From the NCBI GenBank assembly GCA_024704765.1, contig JAKMXF010000140.1, positions 1 through 14,328 on the forward strand: a stretch of DNA of 14,328 nt, read 5' to 3'. The DNA is from Oopsacas minuta (lineage: Eukaryota; Animalia; Porifera). The notes beneath the pieces are model-generated. The model ran no database searches and had not been told where the DNA came from. It saw only the letters and a list, made by a program, of their open reading frames with translations. The first letter of the stretch is position 1, and every line of letters begins with the position of its first letter. Positions 1 through 9,449 of this stretch are shown here, in pieces. Both the position numbers and the translations under genes were made by a program.

Positions 1-154
1 AGGTTTCCAGAATTGGGAAACAAAAAAGTGCTAATATTTAAGTATATTCACAATATCTGTTGAATAAAATACAACAAATTTCAAAATTAACAAAGTGAAA
101 ACAAAATAAACAAAAACAAGAATTATCCCGCGAGCCGCAGGTTGAAGACCCCTG
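1..154. mobile_element. Terminus of a hAT (Buster/Charlie-type) element; remainder lies left of the window
   Basis: Ends CCCGCGAGCCGCAGGTTGAAGACCCCTG (reverse complement CAGGGGTCTTCAACCT, a Charlie/Buster-like TIR). The next 8 bp, TCCTAGAA (155-162), fit the nnnTAnnn Buster target consensus. The other TIR/TSD is not in the window. Confidence 0.75.
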
Positions 155-1124
155 TCCTAGAATGTTGGAAACATTTTTTGAATCTAATCTTAGTCAGTGC
201 TACTTCCTCTTCATGCATAGTGCCCTTAAATTGTTCAATACCACAAGTTTAATTCTCCAGAGAAACAATCTCTCATTGCCCGAGATGATTCGTGAATTAA
301 GAAAATTACAGCAATCTTTGTTGGATCGGTATAATGGTGGATTTTTAGGAGCTATTACTGAAATGGAACTTGCTAAAATTGACAACGTTATTCAAATACA
401 CATATTCAAGTCCGAATGTATGACATTCTATCAGATTTCATTCGACTACCTTGATAAATGGCTACATTTGGATAGTTTACCACAGAATTTAGATTGGTTA
501 TTATTGAAAGATGTTGAATTAATCGACTATAAAATATTGAAGGGATGTGCTGAATTATTATGCCCAGAAATTGCTCAGATTGATGACTTGTTTGAGGAAG
601 GTTGCTGTCTTCAACGAAACTTTCCAAGTTTGTCAATGACCTCGGATTTAAGCCTGGACCAGCGTTGGGGTATCATTACACAAGAAAATTTTCCCTGCAT
701 AAGAAAATTATTATCTTCTATTTTTGCAATCCTTGCATCTAACGCGGTGTGTGAAAGAGTGTTCAGTTTATCAAAGGTACAATGGAGAGACGACAGAAAC
801 AAACTAGACATTTTCACTGTTGGTGCACTACTTAAAGTAATAGTGAATTTTGAAATGAGTTGCAGGGAAATGCATCAAAAATTAACCAATAACGAAGTTG
901 CATTGAAGAAAATCTGTTCCAATGCCAAATACACAAACTAGATTTATTTTTTAGTACCACAAACATGTATCACGAAATTTGGATTATATTACCTGAATTA
1001 TGTATTTCAGTGTTAGTTAATTTGTATCTCTTGATAAACATACAATAAAATATTATAATCGAACACAAATGGTTTGACTTTGAAAAATGTCCTTCTTTTT
1101 GGCATGGGAGATCTGGTCACCCTG
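155..1124 (+). mobile_element. 3' part of a hAT element, Blackjack-like, truncated on the left by the Buster-type insertion
   Basis: Ends ATCTGGTCACCCTG at 1111-1124 (reverse complement CAGGGTGACCAGAT, a Blackjack-like TIR). AATAAA at 1044-1049 follows the transposase stop. Confidence 0.75.
162..941 (+). pseudogene. hAT transposase, C-terminal 259 aa including the dimerisation domain (5'-truncated; the ATG at 162 is probably internal)
   Basis: FPCIRKLLSSIFAILASNAVCERVFS matches the hAT C-terminal motif carrying the catalytic Glu, followed by RNKL...VNF. The start overlaps the inferred TSD of the upstream insertion. Confidence 0.85.
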
Positions 1125-1293
1125 CTCCAGACGAATATTATCCCACCAGAAATCAAGAGTGATCGCTACAGAAAGAAGAATTTTGTCCTGAAAGTGTAAG
1201 GGGATTTACTTTCAGGAGAATAAGCTGATGAAGGTATGTTCCTGAACTGATATTTTTGATTTATACTTATTTTTAGGACATAATTAGAAATCT

Positions 1294-1339
1294 TGAGGCA
1301 ACTACATATCTGCGAGGAAGCAGATATGTAGTTGCCTCA
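1294..1339. repeat. Perfect 20-bp inverted repeat with 6-nt loop in intron 1
   Basis: TGAGGCAACTACATATCTGC (1294-1313) and GCAGATATGTAGTTGCCTCA (1320-1339) are exact reverse complements. Confidence 0.95.
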
Positions 1340-1687
1340 TTAAATTTGCATACCATAGGGAGATGAGAAGGGCGAAAACGCTAGGGGATTCCTCTGCCCC
1401 ACAATCCTACCCACAACCTCTGAGTTTAACTAAAATAATTTTCTGGTAGATTTTCAGAAAGAAAAATGGCTGTGTGAAATATTTGGAGTTTCCACTAGCC
1501 TCAGAAATTCACAACATTATCGGATTCTATCACAATGTCACTCATCCTGGAATCAACACTACCATTGATGGAATCCGAAACAAATATGATTGGAATGGCA
1601 TATACAATGATGTTGGATCCTACGTGAGTTACTAAAATTACTTATTTCTTTCATATATGATTTTCTAAGAAAATGTGGCTGATAGCA

Positions 1688-1768
1688 TAGACTTACCAAC
1701 CCTCCAGGGATCCCTGGATTACAAATTTTGAAATCCAGGGAAATTTCCACAAGGGGTTGGTAATTCTG
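1688..1768. repeat. 81-bp MITE-like inverted-repeat unit in intron 2
   Basis: TAGACTTACCAACCC (1688-1702) pairs with GGGTTGGTAATTCTG (1754-1768) at 13/15. It contains the palindrome CCAGGGATCCCTGG (1704-1717) and a TCCCTGGATT/AATCCAGGGA stem (1711-1720/1732-1741). No matching TSD was seen. Confidence 0.5.
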
Positions 1769-3997
1769 AGAACGGGATGTATTTTATAGTTTGAGGTTAT
1801 TCACTTTGTAATTATTCTACTGTATACAACTTTATTTGGGCGATTGTAAAATTAAAATTGTGCGATCTGATGATATTTAGTATACCGGTATACAATTTTA
1901 TCATATGGAAATTTATTTGTACGGTACAACCAACCAAATATGCATCCAACAACTAATAATCCTTGCGGTAGTTAGTAATTGGGATAGGTAGTGGGAGTCT
2001 TTCGCATAAACGTATTTGCCAACCTGAGTGAAGAAAAAGCAGGACGAAATGCTAATTAGTGGGACATCTGGGACGTAGCAAATTACATTAGACTGGACTA
2101 CAACTGACCATTTAATCATTTCCCATTCTAGATCCGAACTTGCCATGACTGTCAAACCTCTGCTGCTCTACCTCCTCAGCCACAACGAGAGGTTCAACCT
2201 ATTCCTCCTCCTGACGAACCATGGTGTCATTGTGGAATTGATCTCATATGCAATATATCTCGCACTGTACTTGGATTTCAGCACATTCTTGTAATCGTGT
2301 GCTACCTGAGTAAATTTGTAAATGCCCGACCAGTCAACACTAAAATTTCATAAGAAATATTGGATTGTTTACAGGAATTTATCTCCCATTCGGTGTACCT
2401 AACATCCTCCAACATGATCAGGGATCAGAATTCTCAATCAATGTAACTCATATTTTTTGTATACTCGAGATTAGTAATAGTAAATACATCAAGTAAATTA
2501 TTCCTGATACACAATACAACTTACTATATTGGATATACGTGCGTAACAAGTTGTATTATCAATTGTCAACGCATTGCTTCAATATATACCCTGGCAGGAA
2601 ATTGTGCGTCCTGATGGCCATATTTAGGAAACTGTGTAGAAAATTGGATTTCAATTTATGATAAATACTAATAAATAAGAATTTATGAATTGATGCTACT
2701 ACCTTCGGGTGGAAAATTTACCTTATTAATCGTTTGGTCTTTATAACTATTGTTGTACAAGACTAAATACCTGCGAGGAGTGGATTGTTATCATTCTCTT
2801 ATTTACTTTCAAAATAGGAATTTCAAGAATTTCACAAGAAGACAAATGTCAACACCAGAAGAACCACAGTATACCGTCCACAAAGTAACCGAATTGTTGA
2901 GTCAAACAACAAAATATTGAAAAGGTGAGTATTGATGCTAAATATAAATATATATCTATTCAAAGCCTTACATACGTTTAATACACGTCGTTTATAATTA
3001 GATAGCTTTGAATTAATTTAACACTATTACAAATAGAAAATTCATCAAGATGCAATCTGAAGGAGACACTGAATGGACAAAGAAATTACAGACAGCGGTA
3101 CTAGCAGCAAATACTCAGATCAAAATCTCTACAAGCTATACATCCTTTTATCTCATGTTTGGGAGAGACTTTGATTCATCTAGCCTTCTCAATCTCATCA
3201 CTTCTCCAACTAACCCCGGATTACTAACCGAAGCTGATATCTCAGAGGCAGAAGTATGAGAAGATGAGAATGTTCAAATGCATGCAAACGAAACACGCCA
3301 TTTGACTTTCCTATAATTGATAACGAATGGATAGAAAATCTTTCTTCCACACGTAAAGCTGACAGAATGACTGCTGTTGAAAACATCAAAACAGGTCAGA
3401 AAGTTCAAAAGAAAACTTATGACAGCAAAGTTAAACACAACAGGTAAGAAATAACCAAACAGATTCTTGTGTGATGTACCATATTGGAATTTCATACATC
3501 ATCTCTTACTAAATTAAATTTAATCCACTGACTGTTGTATAATCCGATAAATATGAAATAATCTTGAATCAGAACTAATTTATTGTTTCCTCAATTATAT
3601 GAATTCTTAAATTCCAAAACACTTACTTTTAGTGATATAATTAGCATCATTACAAACTGTACGTAATTGGCACATTGTAATTTTTTGTATAATTATTGTG
3701 TAAACTTTAGATCAGAATTTGTGGAAGGAGATGAAGTACTTGTACATGATATAAATAAAACCAAGCGACTCCCAGGAACAAAAGATACAAAGAAATATTT
3801 TGACAATATACGATAGAGAAAGTTAAACCAAGTCACCTAGTTGCTCGCAAAGACCCAGATAGCAAAACAACAACATTACCTATCCATCTATCAAGAAAAT
3901 ATCATTCTCGCATGAACGAAAAAAGGTAGGTTGGAGCGAAGAGGGAGAAATCAAATAAGTACAAAAGATCTTGCAAATTCCTTACCAGAGCTAAATA

Positions 3998-5073
3998 TAT
4001 GAGCAAGACATTATTGTACTGAACTATAACTAATTCACCCAGCCCATGATTACGTACATATAAAACTAGTTGTGTTCTGTATTTATTGGATTAATACGTT
4101 AATAGCAATCCTACATTTCACATTCTTATTATGTATTTCGATTCATTGGATGATAGATTGGAATTGGATACCATGGAAAACACATTTGAAACACTGCAAC
4201 AACACTCAATCTATGAAAATATCGACTCTGAGCTACTTCAATTGAAACCTTGAACTATCACCACTTGCCAACAACACATACTTAACCCAACTACATGAGA
4301 AACTCGCTCCTACACAACACACATAAACAAGGTGACGTTAACGTTTAACCTTTAGCGTTAGGGGTGGCTGTAATGGGAAGGAGGAGGCCACCGCAGCTGA
4401 GTTGTTTTGTTTATAGAAATCTAGTGTTTTCAAGTAGTATGCAGCGTGCCACAGGCTCGCGGTTTTCACATCAACTCTATGTGTATATCAACATCATACC
4501 AAACTCCCGCAACAAATGCATGGTCTACGCTGGTCCAATCGATGAGCATATTTCAGTGGTATATCACTTAAAGCTTGTTAGGAAGTATAGAGAAATGGGC
4601 AAAGATGAACTCTTCTACAATTCGTACTTAAGATATTCCGAATATTCACTATTATGCTAATGCTTGTAAAATTTTTGTTATTTGATAGAATATAATGCAA
4701 TATATAGATTGACATGTTAAATTACATAATGAGTTATTAAACACAATTATCAAATACCTGCCACCTTCTGTACAAGTAATATTATTATAAAATATTTATA
4801 TACACTGTTTATTTTTGGCATTTTGGAAAATTATACATATTGTAAATTTGTAATACGTAGTGGGAACATAGTTTACATGTTATCAAACAAAAACACTACT
4901 TTCTAGAATCCAACTCTAAATTGACTTGTTTACTCAGTTAGCTATATGAATAGTTAGTCTAAAGTTGAATTACATTACGTACATTTAGTGGTAATTACTT
5001 AATGAGAGTGTATGAAATAAGGAGAAAGTCAAATGAAAGAGAAGTAAGATTATTTTAGGGTCAAAATCTTACG
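3998..5073 (+). repeat. Copy A of a ~1.08 kb duplicated segment
   Basis: Aligns colinearly with 9292-9449 + 10805-11490 + 12801-13039, and shows the empty sites for the Tc1 and mariner insertions found in copy B. Confidence 0.95.
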
Positions 5074-5162
5074 ACAATAATACATATGCGGATCAAAATC
5101 ATACAACAATAATACATTATATGCTTGTCAAAATCCTACGCGTGTCATTATCCTCCGCAACA
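5058..5162 (+). repeat. Array of GGGTCAAAATCCTACG-like motifs (probable transposon terminal/subterminal repeats)
   Basis: Variants at 5058-5073, 5090-5104 and 5127-5140; the array ends CCGCAACA (5155-5162). The same motif recurs at 13024-13162. Confidence 0.7.
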
Positions 5163-5363
5163 GAGCTGCTACATATTTTAGATTTTATTTCACGTTTATT
5201 TATTGTCTGTTTCACATATTTTTTGAAACTAAAAGATTCTAATATCAATTGTTATTATTACAAATAAAAAATATCACAGATTTCAAACATTAATGAATTC
5301 AATTTGTTGGTTTCTTTGACTCCCGAAGACCCTTTCACGATGTGAAGTGATTTGTATTACAAA

Positions 5364-5636
5364 TTATTCTGACCAACGCTGTAAAAGTATTATTTCCCCT
5401 TGCCATAACTCAGTCACTTCCATCCTGAGCATGTTTAACTCCCTTTGGAGTTGATCTCTTTCTTTCTCTAGCGAGGATACTTGTGTTATATAATCACGTC
5501 TCTTCTCGCGTTGATACATCTTTGCTTTGTAACGTTATCAGCTTTTTTACTTGTTCTTTTTCTCCCTCTGTTAAATTTTGATACTGCTCAGCTAGTGAGA
5601 GATAGTCTGAATCAATCAAATCGCATCTTCATGCCA
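5364..5636 (-). pseudogene. Degenerate bZIP transcription-factor-like sequence, CNC/Maf-like (5' end uncertain, possibly ATG at 5773)
   Basis: Manual translation: WHEDAI(fs)IDSDYLSLAEQYQNLTEGEKEQVKKL(fs)RYKAKMYQREKRRDYITQVSSLEKERDQLQRELNMLRMEVTELWQGEIILLQRWSE*. Five Leu codons at exact heptad spacing (5469, 5448, 5427, 5406, 5385) and bZIP register x-x7-R-x9-L. Minus-strand AATAAA near 5195-5204. Absent from the ORF track. Confidence 0.7.
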
Positions 5637-5809
5637 TCTATGATTATTTTAGTGGAATTTATTCTTTCTTGAATTATCATTGCTATTTTTATCCAAAATT
5701 AGCTAGAGTGAAATTGATATAGTAGGGCAAGTTTCAATGATGTTTCACTATAGTACGTACTTTGCATATTCATTTTATTATAATTTTCTGGTAAACGGAC
5801 CCGTCAAGG

Positions 5810-6315
5810 GGGCATGCCCTTTAATATTCCGATTGGAGCTATTCTCTCATATATACAATTATGGAAAGTTTTATCTGGTATATGCTGACGTATGTTGCAA
5901 ATTTATTTGATTCTGTTGTGTTTTTATGTCTACGGTGCAATAGTAGAATGGTCCATCAACTTTCCACTCTCTCTCTCTGCATTTATATCTACATAATTGG
6001 ACTATACAATTAAGACTTCATTTATTATTTATCATAGAGAATGTGAAACGCTCTCTTGGCCACACGAACTTTAGATTTGATTAACTTGAAATTGTACGAA
6101 TGTACATTCTAAGATATAACTTGGTGTGTCAGGTTTCTGAAGAGAAATATACACACAATTTTAACGATTGCTGAATTTCACACGTTTTCAATATATGTTT
6201 CTAAGAGATGTTACTAGTAATGGGATATCAATTCTTCTAAGATCTATTTCGATAACATAGTTCAATATGTAGAATATGATTCTCAGATCCAAAACATGAA
6301 ATTTATATACAATTT
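5810..6315 (-). pseudogene. Heavily decayed putative Mutator/MULE-like transposase, central to C-terminal part
   Basis: Multi-frame stitching gives IVYKFH...LLETYIENV*...HSYNFKLIKSKVRVAKRAFHILYDK..INEV...HNRIK*I, which loosely parallels MULE DDE C-terminal motifs. Many stops and frameshifts; recognised by eye only. Confidence 0.4.
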
Positions 6316-6931
6316 AAATTTTTTCTCGTGCACATAACGGACGTAAACCAATAATTGTAAACATGAAGATACATCAGTTAACTCATCAAGTTGCAATGAG
6401 AACAATTTAAAAAGGGCTGGATTTTAACTGTTTTACAACTTGCATCAAAATATTGTTTGACGTCTCAGATATACGTCTTTGAACAGTGTCATTAGATAAA
6501 GGAATTGATGATAACTTCCTGGCATGCTCATCACCAAAAACAAGTCGAACAATATCTTTCGAACTAGGAAGAATAAGGTCCTCTCCAATTGTATGAGGCT
6601 TTTTGCTCTTGTAATTCGGAACGAAACAACATATGAAACCTCAATACAAGCAAATGATTGCTGGTGATATGCACCTGTTATATCCAATTCTTGACCGCTT
6701 TAAAACATCTTCCTTCCTTATAAAAAAAGAAGGATCCTTTTCTAAATACTCAGGATGACGAGTTTCCAGATGTCGTTTTAATTTACTCGTTTTCATAGAG
6801 TCTCCTGATAGCGTGTCACAACAAATAACACATTGGGGCTTTTCAAATCCCTAATTTTGAACAACAGTAAAAGCAAATTCAATGTAGCTGTCATTGTACT
6901 TCCGTCTTTTGGGTGCTGTGGCCAAAATTTT
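6313..6931 (-). pseudogene. Buster-type hAT transposase, N-terminal part (BED finger to first catalytic Asp)
   Basis: PKRRKYNDSYIEF...KPQCVICCDTLSGDSMKTSKLKRHLETRHP...KPHTIGEDLILP...PLSNDTVQRRI...FSLQLDELTDVSSCLQLLVYVRYVHEKKFK, with one stop and several frameshifts. Confidence 0.9.
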
Positions 6932-7115
6932 CTAATACAGTGGATTCCGCTTAATGTGGGCACCGGTTAATGTGGGCAGCCGCATAATGTGGACATTTTA
7001 CCAGGGACGGATTCATTTCTATATTACGTGTACTATATTACTACTGTTAATATGGGCAATAATTCGGTTAATGTGGACAAACCAATTCTAAATATCATAC
7101 ATTGAAGTTGAATTA

Positions 7116-7301
7116 CAATCGACTCCGCTTAATCGGGTCACCGGTTAAGCTTGGGCGACCGGTTAATCAGGTCACTTGGCCAAGAACAAAACCATAGAAT
7201 AGTATTAATTTACTCCGCTTAATCGGGTCAACACCTAAATTCCGCTTAATTGGGTCAAAATGCTCTGGAACCAAAGTGACCCGATTAAGCGGTGTCGACT
7301 G
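7116..7301. mobile_element. 186-bp Tigger-type MITE nested in the 3' non-coding region of the Tigger element
   Basis: 26-bp TIRs (7116-7141 / 7276-7301; 24/26 match, consensus CAGTCGACTCCGCTTAATCGGGTCAC), TA duplication at 7114-7115 and 7302-7303, internal CCGCTTAAT(C/T)GGGTCA repeats. Confidence 0.9.
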
Positions 7302-7346
7302 TATATGCTAAATGCGTGAACAAAAGTTGATTTGTATAATCTATAA

Positions 7347-8894
7347 CTACGCCAAGAACGGGTCCAGGGTAGTCTGTGCCATTTTAGAAGCAGCATTCGA
7401 AAACACTTCGTCAGCACACATATCCAGACTAGCATGAAGTGTATCGCTGAAACCCTGCTCGACGAAGTACTGCTGCAAAACCTGTATGGAGCGCTTGGCT
7501 ACCACGTTACTTATTCTTACTACTGTGTCATTATCAGAGTCACTGTCGCTGCCGTCCTCTAGGCAAAGGCGCTTGTTTGAGAGTGTCTCAACGATGTCAT
7601 CTTCAAGAGTGCCGTCCTCATTGTAACATTTCATATCTTCATCTATCAGGAGGTAGCTGTCGCCATTTACGACTTCTGGCAAGGCTTGCTCCTCGTTGCT
7701 CTCCTGCGAAGCTAGATTTTTTTCTGTACCCTCTTCAGATGTCGTCACCCAAAAGCCACCTTTGCGGAAGCAGTTGACTATAGTCTGGGTCTTCACCTGT
7801 CGCCAGCTCTTGGCTACAACACGAATAGCATCTAAGACGGTTATTTTTGCACTTACTTTTGTGGCCGTGCAAGATGTACTTAGCAGGTTGTCTTCGATAG
7901 CGGTAATGGTCATCTGCACTAGCTCTTTTCTATAATGACCCTTGATGTTCTTAATTATGCTTTGGTCCATTGGCTGTATTAGTGAGGTGGTGTTTGGTGG
8001 CAAGAATTCCAAGCGAATATTCTTCAGCGTGTCAAGAGCTGGATGCGCCGTGCAGTTATCCACTAGAAGAAGGATTTTGCGTGATTGCTTTCCTAGAGCA
8101 GAATCCCACCTAGTGATCCACTCTTCAAACAACAAACTTGTCATCCACGCATTCTTATTCGCACGGTAACTGACTGGCAGCGTATCCATATCTATGCCCT
8201 TGAAGCAACGAGGTTTCTTGCTCTTCCCGATCACGAGTAGCTTAACTTTGTCATTGCCGAACATGTTTGCACAGCACAGGATTGTTACACGGTCCATAGC
8301 CTTCTTTGAACCACTGAGCTGTTGCTAAGCGTAACATAACGAGCCATCTGGAGTTGCTCGGTAGTACAACCCCATCTCGTCCGCATTGTAAATATCGTCG
8401 GGCTTATACTCGCGCAAGAGCTGAGGAAAAACAATGACATCCACTTTTCAGCTTCCACCATATCAGCACTACCCTTCTCACCATGGGCTCGCTTATATTT
8501 TATCGTGTGCCTTTTTTTCCAGCGCGACAACCAGCCATCAGTTGCTTCGAAATCCGACCTGCCTAGCATTTGAGCGAGTTCCTCGGCTTTATTTTTCAAA
8601 ATTGGTCCACTGATTCTAATGCCTTTGGTGAGAACAGCACTAAACCAAAGATTCAATGCCTCCTCGACCTCTGGATCCTTTCCATCTCTCTTCCGTTTCC
8701 CAAGACTTGCCTGCTCTAGTGTCCATCGTTCTGTAAGCAAAGTTTCTTCATTCAGTAACTTCGAAACGGTGGACTTTGGCACCCCGATGAGCTCGCATAA
8801 CTTCTCTGGCTTGTTCCCCGAGGTTGGGAACGGAATTTCTTCAGGAGAGCTATCTTCTCTGAAATAAGCAAGTCCGTTCGCTTCGAGATTCCAT
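7347..8894 (-). pseudogene. Tigger/pogo transposase (psq-like HTH, CENP-B HTH, DDE_1), disrupted
   Basis: GVPKSTVSKLL; EEALNLWF...ISGPILKNKAEELA...FEATDGWLSRWKKRH; IYNADEMGLYY; LLVDNCTAH; LPPNTTSLIQPMDQ (30 residues between 2nd and 3rd Asp). About three frameshifts and a TAG at 8325-8327. Confidence 0.95.
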
Positions 8895-9449
8895 GAATGC
8901 TAAAGGACGGTAACTCTAGAATGGTTATTAATGAAATCATGAATTGATTAAACTTCGGATAATCTGGGCAGCCGCATAATGTGGACGAAACGTGCTGGAC
9001 CGATGTGCCCACATTAAGCGGAATCCACTGTATTATGATTGAATGTCACTAAAATACAAGTATAAAGTTAATATATGTAGTTCATGATATGCATATTGAT
9101 TAAGAAGTTTACTAATTACAACCCAAGTGTAAAGAATAAACTCGAGATGTCACTTTTATAATGAAAAACCTCAAGTTAATTCTTTGCACCTTGGATTCTA
9201 AATTTGAGGATCATTAAGTTATACTTTCAGAATATTACTATCTCGCGATCCCTTATAAATTGCTCCACGGCACCCAGTTTGAGAACCACTGTATTAGCGA
9301 GACATTATTGTACTGAACTATAACTAATTCACTCAGCCCATAATTATGTACATATAAAACTTGTTATGTTCTGTATTGATTCGATTAATACGTTAATAGC
9401 ATTCCTACATTTCACATACTTATTATGCATTTAGATTCATTGGAAGATA

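Larger units (their letters stand above)
1125..3929 (+). pseudogene. Intron-containing Gypsy-integrase-like transposase (Ginger1-type). Exons ~1125-1233, 1450-1623, 2132-2442, 2818-2924, 3037-3443, 3711-~3929; optional last exon 4157-4253
   Basis: Manual splicing at five GT-AG introns (1234-1449, 1624-2131, 2443-2817, 2925-3036, 3444-3710) gives the H2C2 finger YHNVTHPGIN...DVGSY|IRTCHDCQ, core PWCHCGIDL (D 2240), QHDQGSEF (D 2416), RPQSNRIVE (E 2899) with exactly 35 residues between D and E, then EWTKKLQ...FYLMFGR, NIKTGQKVQKKTYD and a degenerate GPY-like region. Lesions: frameshifts near 1194, 2377, 3298, 3801 and stops at 2351, 3257. Confidence 0.85.
6938..9030 (-). mobile_element. Tigger/pogo-family DNA transposon, full length (2093 bp including a nested MITE)
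   Basis: Perfect 26-bp TIRs CAGTGGATTCCGCTTAATGTGGGCAC (6938-6963 / 9005-9030) with TA duplication (6936-6937, 9031-9032). Inserted at the 5' end of the Buster coding region. Confidence 0.95.
6313..9291 (-). mobile_element. 5' part of a hAT Buster-type element (contains the Tigger insertion); broken at 6313-6318
   Basis: 5' TIR CAGTGGTTCTCAAACT reads leftward from 9291. Adjacent 8 bp TATTAGCG (9292-9299) fit nnnTAnnn and correspond to TATGAGCA (3998-4005) in copy A. Confidence 0.85.

Noticed and set aside
1880-1893. 14-bp palindrome GTATACCGGTATAC
   Set aside because: Isolated and short, with no TSD or second copy; could be chance.
4157-4253. Possible seventh exon of the integrase gene (RLELDTMENTF...LKP*)
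   Set aside because: Phase fits, but the acceptor is purine-rich and absent in copy B, and exon 6 can end at its own TAG (3927-3929). Kept only as optional.
4364-4660. 98-aa GTG-start ORF, open in both copies (also 11013-11309)
   Set aside because: No recognisable domain, and both differences between copies are non-synonymous (V/I, D/N). Its openness in both copies is explained by near-identity of the DNA.
6941-7260. Short ~20-bp repeats with spacers resembling a CRISPR array
   Set aside because: Irregular spacing, mixed orientation, and explained as Tigger/MITE terminal and subterminal repeats in eukaryotic DNA.
7577-8867. Antisense and alternate-frame ORFs over the Tigger transposase (7577, 7696, 7942, 8619) and similar short ORFs over other transposases
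   Set aside because: Shadow frames of transposase coding sequence with no independent motifs.
1-9291. hAT ends at 154 and 9291 as two ends of one element
   Set aside because: They point the same way, and they have different TIRs and different flanking 8-mers (TCCTAGAA vs TATTAGCG).
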